From Candidatus Flemingiibacterium sp. (GTDB lineage: Bacteria > Bacillota > Clostridia > Oscillospirales > CAG-272): a stretch of DNA of 47,336 nucleotides. Each line of letters begins with the position of its first letter. Within the stretch, counting starts at the first letter, position 1. The position numbers and the translations under genes are program-made. Below, in pieces: positions 25,417 through 33,677 of this stretch. The stretch spans positions 1 through 47,336 of the forward strand of contig JAZSJI010000085.1 of NCBI GenBank assembly GCA_045534235.1, given 5' to 3'. Under the pieces are notes generated by a model, which was not told where the DNA came from, searched no databases, and saw nothing but the letters and a program-made list of their open reading frames with translations.

Positions 25417-27852
25417 ATGAAATATAACGTAAAAAACAGAATTAAGGCGGTATTTGCCGTAATTGCGGCTATGCTCACGCTGATGCTTTTAGTGGGCGCG
25501 GTGAGCGCTGACGCAGAGAATGTGGGAACGATCACCTCGGTCGAGCTTACAAAAAGCCAGAGCGAGGTTGCTATTGAAATATCGCTGACGAAGGAATACG
25601 TTAAGGCGAACAAGCCTGATACGATGTATATTTTTGAGCTTTTGCCGCACGAATCTACGTCGGCTATAAATTCAATGAAGCCCGTCAAGGAGTTTAAGCT
25701 TGCCGAGAAGACTACGGTTAAGATCCCCTTCTACAACGGCAATATGACGAGGCTTTATTCGAAGTTCGTCGTTGCCGAAAAGGCGGACGACGGCACGTAT
25801 AACATAATAACGGCGGCGAAATACATTGAAAACGTGTCTGCCCTTGCAAAGAATACCGAGGCTTATCCCGAGCGCGCGAGCAAGAAGGGACTTCAGGTGC
25901 AGATGTTTGGTGACGCACAGCAGCTCGGTGTCGCTCATACGGTGGTAAACGTAGCGCTTAACGAGTATCTGCACGGAGAAAGCTCCGACGCGGCACAATC
26001 GTTTGTATACAACGGACAGACGTTTTACGTTGACAGCGCGAAGATCGCCCTGCTTGACCATAAGGTGAAAACCTACACCGATGCCGGCATAAACGTGTAT
26101 TTCAACATCATACTTACAGCGCCCGCTGAAAATGCTCACCCGAATATCGCAAGCCTTTACTGTGAGGGCGTATCCGCAGACGCAACTCTTTACGCTCTTA
26201 ACACTAAAAATGAAACCGCGATGAAATCGTACCAGGCGTTCATGGATTATCTCGCGTCGAGATATACTCGCGAGGACCGTGCTCACGGCTTCGTTCCTGC
26301 GTTTATCGTTGGCTTCGAGGTGAACTCCAACAGAGTATGGAACAACGCGGGCGACGTTGATATGACAAGCTATATCTACTCGTACTGCACAGCATTCCGA
26401 GTAGCGTACACCGCGATGACGTCGCATTACGCGAACGGACGTGTATATATCTCGCTCGGCAACAATTTTAACGCGGCTGTAAGCGACCTTTCCGTCACGG
26501 CAAATTCGCTGCAGGATTATCCCGCAAAGGCCTTTCTTGACACCTTCGCTTCCGTAATTAGAAATGCCGGTGATATACCGTGGGGCCTTTCAATAAATCC
26601 GCATCCGTCCACGCCGGGACTTACAGAGTTTTGGAACGACGAATACGCAACGGACGACTTTGAAACGCCGTTCATTACTATGAAAAACCTCGGCACGCTC
26701 ACGCGTTATATGTCCGAGGAGGCGCTTCTTTATAACTCCTCGATAAGAAGTATAATTATCGGCGAATTCGGACTTTCAGGCGATCCGTCGAGCGATGAGG
26801 CTATGACGATGCAGGCAGCGGCATATGCACTTGCGTACTATGCGGTTGAGCAGAATGACGATATTGACGCGTTTATTTATCACCGCCACGTTGACCATTC
26901 TGCGGAGGCGCAGTACTACGGACTTTGGACGAACGTACCCGACAGCACCGTAGAGCCGCTCGCAAAAAAGCCGATCTACAACGTATTTTCTCTTATTGAT
27001 ACGCAAAAGAGTGAAGAGGTTACCGCATTTGTAAAGCACACGGTCGGAACGGGCGCGTTCGGTATGTTTATGTCGGAAAACGTCAAGTATAAGCAGTTTA
27101 ACGACCGTGCCGTTTTTGAAGGAGTGCGTGCAGAGGACGGTGACTTTAAGCGCGGCTATAAGGAAAAGATTTTGTTTGATCTTACCGAAGGAAAACTGTG
27201 CGACTTCTATCCTACGGACGGTGCGCAGTACGTTGAGCTTCGCTCCTTCGGAGATGCCTCTGAAACGATGCTTTACGCAAAGCTTCCCGATGTACCGAAC
27301 GGTTATACCGGTATCGGCAACTCGGTCTTTGACGAGGGTGCGCTCAAAAAAGCACACTATATCACCCTTCGCATTATGGTCGCAACCCCTGCTGACGTTG
27401 GTTCGATGAACCTTATGCTTCGCCTGCAGGATAACGGCTACGGCGAGGATATTGGTGCCGTATACGAGGGCGAGGTTACCGTAACACCGAACGTATGGAA
27501 CGACGTAAGCTTTAATATCAAGGACTTCTCTGCAAAGACTGACGGCGAGATAGACCTTATGAAGCTTTGGGTGAGCAACGCAGACAGTGATAACGTAATT
27601 GGCGAGTACGGCATAAGACTCGAGTCGGTAACGCTTCATGTGAGGCGCGGAATTGGCGTTGTAGGTTGGATATTCATTGTGCTTCTGATACTTGTAGCTC
27701 TTGCGGTAGGAGCATACGGAGCGCTCTTCCTTCGCGCAAGATACATCAGAAAAAAGCGCCGTGAGGCGGCAATGCTTAGACGGCAGGAAATGATGCGTAC
27801 GCAGCAGATGCAGCGCGGACAAACGCAGTATCCGCCGCAGAACAGACAATAA
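25417..27852 (+). CDS. large secreted, C-terminally membrane-anchored protein with TIM-barrel glycosidase-like core (DUF5722-like?), function unknown
   Basis: ggaggt SD. Signal peptide AVFAVIAAMLTLMLLVGAVSADA. The core has FIVGFEVNS and SIIIGEFGLSG. A C-terminal beta-sandwich-like region is followed by a TM helix (VVGWIFIVLLILVALAVGAYGALFL) and an R/K/Q-rich tail. Confidence 0.8.
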   Translation: MKYNVKNRIKAVFAVIAAMLTLMLLVGAVSADAENVGTITSVELTKSQSEVAIEISLTKEYVKANKPDTMYIFELLPHESTSAINSMKPVKEFKLAEKTTVKIPFYNGNMTRLYSKFVVAEKADDGTYNIITAAKYIENVSALAKNTEAYPERASKKGLQVQMFGDAQQLGVAHTVVNVALNEYLHGESSDAAQSFVYNGQTFYVDSAKIALLDHKVKTYTDAGINVYFNIILTAPAENAHPNIASLYCEGVSADATLYALNTKNETAMKSYQAFMDYLASRYTREDRAHGFVPAFIVGFEVNSNRVWNNAGDVDMTSYIYSYCTAFRVAYTAMTSHYANGRVYISLGNNFNAAVSDLSVTANSLQDYPAKAFLDTFASVIRNAGDIPWGLSINPHPSTPGLTEFWNDEYATDDFETPFITMKNLGTLTRYMSEEALLYNSSIRSIIIGEFGLSGDPSSDEAMTMQAAAYALAYYAVEQNDDIDAFIYHRHVDHSAEAQYYGLWTNVPDSTVEPLAKKPIYNVFSLIDTQKSEEVTAFVKHTVGTGAFGMFMSENVKYKQFNDRAVFEGVRAEDGDFKRGYKEKILFDLTEGKLCDFYPTDGAQYVELRSFGDASETMLYAKLPDVPNGYTGIGNSVFDEGALKKAHYITLRIMVATPADVGSMNLMLRLQDNGYGEDIGAVYEGEVTVTPNVWNDVSFNIKDFSAKTDGEIDLMKLWVSNADSDNVIGEYGIRLESVTLHVRRGIGVVGWIFIVLLILVALAVGAYGALFLRARYIRKKRREAAMLRRQEMMRTQQMQRGQTQYPPQNRQ

Positions 27853-27855
27853 ATT

Positions 27856-27888
27856 AAAGCCCTTTGGCATACGCCAAAGGGCTTTTCG
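27856..27888. terminator. bidirectional terminator
   Basis: aaagccctttggc / gccaaagggcttt, a 13-bp stem with loop atac. Confidence 0.7.
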
Positions 27889-28734
27889 TTATCCGCCTAT
27901 TCGTGTGATAAGCACTATCTCGTCAAACAGCATCATTTTGATGTAGGAAAGATATTCACGCATCATACTGATATAGTAATTGAATACGCTTGGTGACGGG
28001 CAGGTGCAGGTGTCCATCGGGAAGTCGTAGCGATTTGACAGTATCCCGATTCGCGGAAGATGAAAGTCGTTCGATACGCCGATTATACGCTTGTCAGCCA
28101 TTCCAAGCTCTTTGAGAAGCTCTTTTGTGAAACGCACGTTTTCGCTTGTGGAGCGAGCGTTTGGCTCCATTATAATGCGCTCCTCTGCTATCCCGCGGTT
28201 AATAAGATACGCGCGCATCGCTATGCACTCCGCGACGGTTTCACTCGCCCCCTGCGCGCCGCTTACCACGCATACCGCATCAGACAGAGCTACCAAAAGC
28301 TCATATGCCGCGTCAAGACGGTTTTGGAGCGCTTTGCTTGGCGTCATACCGTTCGTGTAGGCGCCGAAAACGAGCACGACTGTGTCTTCCCCCGTATTAC
28401 TATCGGCGGCATATTGCTCGGCGTAATATTCGGGCGATTTCGATGGGTAAAGTCCGATGAACGCCCAAAATGCAACTACAGTTACAACATACAGACAAAG
28501 CAGTGAAGTAAAAATTATATGAAGCGGCTTGAAGGCGCGTCCGAGCAGTCGCGCAAGCTGCCTGTGAAACACTATCGGAAGGCAAACACACGCAATTGCC
28601 AAAAGCGCGTAAGGAGCCATTTTGATCGCTTCAATTCCGATGCCGCAGAGCATTAGGTACACGAAATAGTATATAAATACAAACCCTGCCGCGATAAGCG
28701 TTATTTTTTCAAGGAGCGACAGCTTATTTTTCAT
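27889..28734 (-). CDS. YdcF-family (DUF218) membrane protein
   Basis: MKNKLSLLEKITLIAAGFVFIYYF.. with 4 TM segments, then a DUF218 core (VVLVFGA, VVSGAQG, ARSTSEN, IGVSNDFHLPR). I use the ATG at 28734, which overlaps the upstream gene by 11 nt. The ORF-track start at 28851 lies inside the upstream CDS. Confidence 0.8.
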   Translation of the reverse strand: MKNKLSLLEKITLIAAGFVFIYYFVYLMLCGIGIEAIKMAPYALLAIACVCLPIVFHRQLARLLGRAFKPLHIIFTSLLCLYVVTVVAFWAFIGLYPSKSPEYYAEQYAADSNTGEDTVVLVFGAYTNGMTPSKALQNRLDAAYELLVALSDAVCVVSGAQGASETVAECIAMRAYLINRGIAEERIIMEPNARSTSENVRFTKELLKELGMADKRIIGVSNDFHLPRIGILSNRYDFPMDTCTCPSPSVFNYYISMMREYLSYIKMMLFDEIVLITRIGG

Positions 28735-29914
28735 TTTCGCGTACCAGCTTATCAAGGTATGGCGATACGCCGAGAGAAGCGCAGATTTGCTCGTAATCGG
28801 CAAGCGCCGCGGCACATTTTGCGCCGCTCGGGTTTGCGATTTTCGTCGCACGTATCATAAGATTTTTCGGCGTGTCATCGGGATCTATGAGCTCAAGCGT
28901 GGTAACGCTGTAGCCAACCGATTCAAGACGCTTTACGCGAAGTGCGTCGGTTGCGGCATCGCATAGCTTTTGCTTTAAGATCGGGTGATCGAGTATAAAA
29001 GCGAGGTCGCCCTTGAGTGTTGCGTCGGACGCTTTTTCGGACAATTGCTTTGACATTTCGTGGTGACAGCAGGGAGTTGATAAGATAATTCCCGCGCCCC
29101 ATTTTATCGCATTCGCGAGTACGATGTCGGTCGCGATATCGCAGGCGTGGAGCGAGATGACCATATCGGGATGCTCAGGCGGCACGTATTCGTTGATGTT
29201 ACCGCTAACGAATTTGAGATGCTCGAAGCCTTGACGCTTTGCAACAGCATTGCAATATTCGATAACGTCTGCCTTGAGGTCAACGCCGTACATACGTATG
29301 CTTCTCTTTTTAATTACAGCAAAGTAGTAGTACACCGCAAAGGTGAGATAGCTTTTTCCGCAGCAAAGATCGTATATGACCGCCGGGCAATCGGTCGGGA
29401 GCTTATCCTCAACGTCGCGTACGATTTCGAGAAAACGGTTGATCTGACGGAATTTTGCCTGCTTTTTGTCGTGTATGCGTCCATTGGCGTCGGATATGCC
29501 AAGCTCGCGAAGGAAGCCTATGTCACGCGAGGTGTCAAGAATGTATTTTTTGCCCTCGGAGCTTACCTCGGCAGCGACTGCGTCAGCCTTGCGCTTATCG
29601 GATATGTGTACAGAGCCGGATTTTGAACGCTTTATCTCTGCCTCTCCTGCGGTGGTTATTATATTGACCTGCTTATAATCCTCGAGCGCCATACGGCAAA
29701 GCTCTGCGACGTCAAGAGGTAGATTTCGGCGAAAGGTCTTGTTGTCCTTCGTGAAGCGCTCGAGCATAATATATACGGTGCCGTCACCCTTTTTAGTGAG
29801 TGAGGCGACCTCTTTTTGCGTGTTTTTATCCTCGGCTTTTGAGAATACGGCCTTTTTTAGCGTGCGCCGCGATAAAACGTCCTCAAAGAGCGCGGCGATC
29901 TTTTCGTTTGGCAT
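28724..29914 (-). CDS. class I SAM-dependent methyltransferase (Methyltransf_32-like) with N-terminal uncharacterised domain
   Basis: Motifs KFRQINRFLE, VIYDLCCGKSYLTF, MYGVDLK and VISLHACDIATD. Confidence 0.8.
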   Translation of the reverse strand: MPNEKIAALFEDVLSRRTLKKAVFSKAEDKNTQKEVASLTKKGDGTVYIMLERFTKDNKTFRRNLPLDVAELCRMALEDYKQVNIITTAGEAEIKRSKSGSVHISDKRKADAVAAEVSSEGKKYILDTSRDIGFLRELGISDANGRIHDKKQAKFRQINRFLEIVRDVEDKLPTDCPAVIYDLCCGKSYLTFAVYYYFAVIKKRSIRMYGVDLKADVIEYCNAVAKRQGFEHLKFVSGNINEYVPPEHPDMVISLHACDIATDIVLANAIKWGAGIILSTPCCHHEMSKQLSEKASDATLKGDLAFILDHPILKQKLCDAATDALRVKRLESVGYSVTTLELIDPDDTPKNLMIRATKIANPSGAKCAAALADYEQICASLGVSPYLDKLVRENEK

Positions 29915-30092
29915 TGTACTTACCTCACAAGTTAGTCTTATAGCACAAGTATATCACAAAGCGCGCGAAAAGTACATCAGTTTATTGTAAATTTTCATAA
30001 ACGCTTAATATTTACAAATTGAGGGTTTACTTTTTTTGACGTATGGTGTAGAATTTTTATACAGAATACTTATATTTTGCAGGAGGCAAGCT

Positions 30093-31007
30093 ATGACGTT
30101 TGGAAAATTTATGAAGGCCGTCGGTTCGGCGTTTATGTATTTCGGTATCTATCTTGCGTGGCAATATTTCGTAGTTTCTTCGGCGATGACGGGCGCGCAG
30201 GTTGCATTCTCGCTCGCCGGAATGAAGGATATTATAGCCGCGGCGCTTGAGGGCGTGGAATACAGCTACGATCAAATAATGGAGGCTACGCTTGGCGCGA
30301 CGATGAACGCAAGCGCGTGGCTTTTAGAGCAAACGGTTTTGCTTACGATAGTGGCAGGTGTTTTAGCGATCGCAACGTACGTGGTTATGTTTGTTTTCAG
30401 AAAAAAGAATCCCCTTCGCGAGGTTGGCATTGCAAAGATGCCGATTCCCGTTTACTTCGGTATGGTTCTTTTCGGCGTTGCGCTTAATCTTGCCGTGTCG
30501 TTTCTTTTGCCGCTTATACCGTTCCCCGAGGTGCTTTGGGATAATTACGCGGCGCAGTCGGAAATGCTTTTTGGCGCGAGAGTGTGGACGGTTATTCTGA
30601 CCGTGATTATTGCACCGATACTCGAGGAGGTTGTTTTCCGTGGACTTATGCACACGAGGTTTAAGCGGTGTATGCCCGTGATAGTGTCGATGATAATTTC
30701 CGCGCTGATATTCGGATTTATGCATATGGCTTTGATAGCGGTAGTTTACGCATCACTTCTCGGATTTTTACTTGCGTGGGTGTTCGAAAAATACAATTCG
30801 CTGCTTGCGAGCATACTCGTTCACTTCGGATTCAATCTCTGCGCCATTTTGCTCGAGGGATTTGAGGATATCCCTCTGCCCGTATGCATTGCGGCGGTGG
30901 TCATATCGCTTATCGGTATCGTAATCGTGCAGATAACCGGAAAGGGACGTATTTTCAAATCACGTTCAAAAGAGCCTGCTTTGTGTGACGGCGTCGCTGA
31001 TGCGTGA
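30093..31007 (+). CDS. CPBP-family intramembrane glutamic endopeptidase (CAAX protease/Abi family)
   Basis: aggagg SD before the ATG at 30093. Motifs ILEEVVFRGLMH, FGFMH and VHFGFN. Confidence 0.85.
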   Translation: MTFGKFMKAVGSAFMYFGIYLAWQYFVVSSAMTGAQVAFSLAGMKDIIAAALEGVEYSYDQIMEATLGATMNASAWLLEQTVLLTIVAGVLAIATYVVMFVFRKKNPLREVGIAKMPIPVYFGMVLFGVALNLAVSFLLPLIPFPEVLWDNYAAQSEMLFGARVWTVILTVIIAPILEEVVFRGLMHTRFKRCMPVIVSMIISALIFGFMHMALIAVVYASLLGFLLAWVFEKYNSLLASILVHFGFNLCAILLEGFEDIPLPVCIAAVVISLIGIVIVQITGKGRIFKSRSKEPALCDGVADA

Positions 31008-31045
31008 GTACGGCGCAAAAATATTCATAAGTTTACAATTTACTC

Positions 31046-31074
31046 TTGAAATTATGCCGATAATAGGGTATAAT
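31046..31074 (+). promoter_or_regulatory. sigma-A promoter of yajC
   Basis: TTGAAA-17 nt-TATAAT. Confidence 0.6.
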
Positions 31075-31105
31075 GGTTTGAACAATAATTTTTTCGGAGG
31101 TTTTT

Positions 31106-31447
31106 ATGCTTAATTTATTTCTTACGGCAGACGCCGCTGCGGGCACCGATGCTGCTGCAGGCTTAATGGGCAGTCAGGGCATTACCACTATCATTATGCT
31201 TGTCGTTATGGTTGCGGTGTTCTACTTCTTTATGTACAGACCGCAGAAAAAGCAGGAGAAGGCAACTAACGATATGCGCAACTCCCTGCAGGTCGGTGAT
31301 GAGATCACCACTATCGGCGGTATCATCGGCAAGGTCGTCAGCATCAAGGAAGAGACCGCTATGATCGAAACCGGTCGCGACGGCACCAAGATCCGTATTC
31401 TCAAGAGCGCTATCAAGAGCGTTGACGTAAAAGCAGAGGATTGCTGA
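31106..31447 (+). CDS. yajC: preprotein translocase subunit YajC
   Basis: TM helix, then FYFFMYRPQKKQEK...LQVGDEITTIGGIIGKVVSI. Confidence 0.9.
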   Translation: MLNLFLTADAAAGTDAAAGLMGSQGITTIIMLVVMVAVFYFFMYRPQKKQEKATNDMRNSLQVGDEITTIGGIIGKVVSIKEETAMIETGRDGTKIRILKSAIKSVDVKAEDC

Positions 31448-31459
31448 CATAATTTGTTT

Positions 31460-31509
31460 CCTCCCGTCATATAGATTAGCAAACAGTCTATATCGGGAGG
31501 GATTTTTTT
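31460..31509 (+). terminator. long hairpin + T7 run after yajC; its 3' arm contains the SD of the next gene
   Basis: cctcccg-tc-atataga ... tctatat-cgggagg, followed by gattttttt. Confidence 0.55.
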
Positions 31510-31975
31510 GCTTAAAAAAGATACGAAAAGCGAGCTGTCTGTGGGTTCGATGCTATTTTCAGCACTGAAGGGAATGGTCGTCGGCGTATTAGTGACGCTT
31601 GTGCTCTCACTCATTTTTACCGCGATCGCGCTTGCTTTTGATGATCCGAAATCTGTTGTTGATCTGCTTTCATACGCTACTCTTGCCATAAGCGCGCTTT
31701 TTGTGGGAATAATCGCAGTTAAAAGTGACGGCGAACACAGAGTGACGGCTTCGCTGATCGGTGGCATTATGTACGTGATTTTATTATTCATTATTTCGCT
31801 GTTCATGAGCGGTGAGGGCGTGCCGTCGCCGATTTTGAGGGTGCTCGTTTGGGCACTCAGTATCGGTGTTTGTATACTCGGCGGTGCAATAGGCAAGGGC
31901 AGACGGACACGTGTCGGAGATGGGAAAAACAGCCCGACGGAACTCGCTAGACGCAAGCTTGCCAAAAGGAAATGA
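31508..31975 (+). CDS. TIGR04086-like membrane protein (YrzE-like), yajC-linked
   Basis: TTG start 7 nt after gggaggg. Four TM helices and a basic C-terminal tail. Its position just downstream of yajC resembles the Bacillus yajC-yrzE arrangement (from memory). Confidence 0.7.
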   Translation: MLKKDTKSELSVGSMLFSALKGMVVGVLVTLVLSLIFTAIALAFDDPKSVVDLLSYATLAISALFVGIIAVKSDGEHRVTASLIGGIMYVILLFIISLFMSGEGVPSPILRVLVWALSIGVCILGGAIGKGRRTRVGDGKNSPTELARRKLAKRK

Positions 31976-31980
31976 CAGAA

Positions 31981-32012
31981 ACGGCTCTTGCAGTATTTGC
32001 AAGAGCCGTTTT
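31981..32012. terminator. bidirectional terminator
   Basis: acggctcttgca / tgcaagagccgt, a 12-bp stem, followed by tttg. Confidence 0.7.
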
Positions 32013-32017
32013 GTACT

Positions 32018-32443
32018 TTACAAAAATCTCGCTAAATTGTCGGCGGTGCTCTTCTCGAAGTCAAGTATTTCCTCGGCGAGCTTTCGTGCCTGTCCCGTCG
32101 GCTCGTTTGCGTTGAACTGCTTTTCGATGTTGATGATGCCCATAGTGGCACCGTTTATCATCATTTCGGCAATGTGGGAGGTCGTAGTGTCGAGCATAGT
32201 GTTGAACACCATACCCATTTTCGAGCCTGCCTTTGCCATCATACCCGGCTCCTCGGGCTTGAGCCCGCGCTCGGCGAGCAGGTCTGCCGCGCGGCTCGAG
32301 TATTCGCGGTAGCGCTCAAGCTCGTGCGTCATCTCCGCGCGCATTTCGGGATCGGACGCCTTGTCCATAAGGTCAATTATCGCATCGCCGCCCATAGTCG
32401 TATTTTTGTAAAGCTCTTGAAGGAGCGTTTCGTTTTTGTCCAT
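32018..32443 (-). CDS. conserved hypothetical helical protein, 141 aa
   Basis: MDKNETLLQELYKNTTMGGDAIIDLMDKASDPEMRAEMTHELERYREYSS.. The heptad-like helical composition suggests a four-helix bundle. I chose the ATG at 32443 because the ORF-track N-terminal extension runs through the metA terminator. Confidence 0.6.
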   Translation of the reverse strand: MDKNETLLQELYKNTTMGGDAIIDLMDKASDPEMRAEMTHELERYREYSSRAADLLAERGLKPEEPGMMAKAGSKMGMVFNTMLDTTTSHIAEMMINGATMGIINIEKQFNANEPTGQARKLAEEILDFEKSTADNLARFL

Positions 32444-32461
32444 AATATCATTACCCAATAC

Positions 32462-32494
32462 AAATAAAATACCGCGAGCATTTGCTCGCGGTAT
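32462..32494 (-). terminator. intrinsic terminator after metA
   Basis: Minus-strand RNA reads auaccgcgagc-aaau-gcucgcgguau followed by uuuauuug. Confidence 0.7.
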
Positions 32495-32521
32495 TAGTGT
32501 TTGCGTTATAAGCAAAAATAT

Positions 32522-33445
32522 TTACGCTTTTGAAAGATCGTCGAGGTCGTACGGCGTATTCTGATAAACGAAATAATTAAGCCAATTTGAGAAAAGCAGA
32601 TTTGCGTGACCTCTCCATACGTTCGGCGGACGTCGCTGCGGATCGTTGTTCGGGAAATAGTTGTACGGCACCTCAATGGGAAGCCCCTTGTCTACGTCGC
32701 GGAAATATTCCTTCGAAAGCGTGTCATAGTCGTACTCCGAATGTCCCGTAACAAAGAGCATACGTGAGTTTTTAGCCGCAATGATGTAAGGACCTGCTAT
32801 ATCGCTTCTTGCGATAAGCTCAATGTCGCTAACTCTCGTTATCTCGGACTCGGCGATACCCGTGTGACGCGAATGAGGCGCGTAGAATATTTCGTCAAAG
32901 CCGCGCACGATCGGGTGGTTGGGACGCAGAGCGTAATGCTCGAAAACGCCGAACATTTTTTTGTCAAGCGGGTGCTTTTTCACGCCGTAGTGATAGTAAA
33001 GTCCCGCCTGCGCAGCCCAGCAGATATGCAGAGTGGAGAAAACGTGCGTTTTTGACCATTCCATAATGTCGCAAAGCTCGTCCCAGTAGGTGACGTCGTG
33101 GAAATCGAGATTTTCAACGGGTGCGCCCGTGATGATAAGACCGTCGAAGTTCTCGCTGCGTATATCGTCGAAATTTTTGTAAAAGGCCTCCATATGCTCC
33201 TTGGCGGTGTGCGTGGAGCGGTGGGTGGCCGTTTGAAGCAGGGTGATCTTTATCTGCAAGGAGCTATTGGAGAGCAGGCGAATAAGCTGCGTTTCTGTAG
33301 TTATCTTAGTGGGCATAAGGTTGAGCACAGCTATTTTAAGCGGACGGATATCCTGATGCTCCGCTCTGAAGTCGCTCATAACGAAAATGTTTTCCTGCTC
33401 GAGCGTTTGTGCTGCCGGAAGCCCCGCGGGTATCTTAATGGGCAT
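32522..33445 (-). CDS. metA: homoserine O-acyltransferase (MetA family)
   Basis: [28 protein letters not shown] and the active-site region [15 protein letters not shown]. Confidence 0.93.
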   Translation of the reverse strand: MPIKIPAGLPAAQTLEQENIFVMSDFRAEHQDIRPLKIAVLNLMPTKITTETQLIRLLSNSSLQIKITLLQTATHRSTHTAKEHMEAFYKNFDDIRSENFDGLIITGAPVENLDFHDVTYWDELCDIMEWSKTHVFSTLHICWAAQAGLYYHYGVKKHPLDKKMFGVFEHYALRPNHPIVRGFDEIFYAPHSRHTGIAESEITRVSDIELIARSDIAGPYIIAAKNSRMLFVTGHSEYDYDTLSKEYFRDVDKGLPIEVPYNYFPNNDPQRRPPNVWRGHANLLFSNWLNYFVYQNTPYDLDDLSKA

Positions 33446-33482
33446 ATACGTTCCTCCGTATGTTTATCGCATAATTACACTA

Positions 33483-33511
33483 ATTGTACCATAAAAAAAA
33501 CGATTTTGCAA
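33483..33511 (-). promoter_or_regulatory. sigma-A promoter of metA
   Basis: Minus strand reads TTGCAA-17 nt-TACAAT with TGg. The leader is only about 30 nt, leaving no room for a riboswitch. Confidence 0.55.
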
Positions 33512-33570
33512 CACTTATCAAAAAAATATATAAGCGAGTGTATTTTTTTGGAGGAAAATCGAAAAAAGAA

Positions 33571-33599
33571 TTGCATTTTGCAGATATAAATGATATAAT
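33571..33599 (+). promoter_or_regulatory. sigma-A promoter of the 1039-aa surface protein gene
   Basis: TTGCAT-17 nt-TATAAT. Confidence 0.6.
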
Positions 33600-33677
33600 A
33601 AATATAAATATACTCATAGTGGCACGAAAGTATGTGCTTTCGAGCGATAGGCTTTACGAAAACTATGCGAAAGGGCG

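Noticed and set aside
26776-27870. 364-aa minus-strand ORF, together with the 251-aa ORF at 25672-26427
   Set aside because: Both are antisense to the 811-aa surface protein gene, which has an SD, a signal peptide and a paralog in the window.
33446-33677. Possible SAM (S-box) riboswitch or T-box upstream of metA
   Set aside because: The metA promoter lies only about 30 nt from the ATG. The AT-rich intergenic region has none of the conserved GC-rich S-box helices. It is instead occupied by two divergent promoters.
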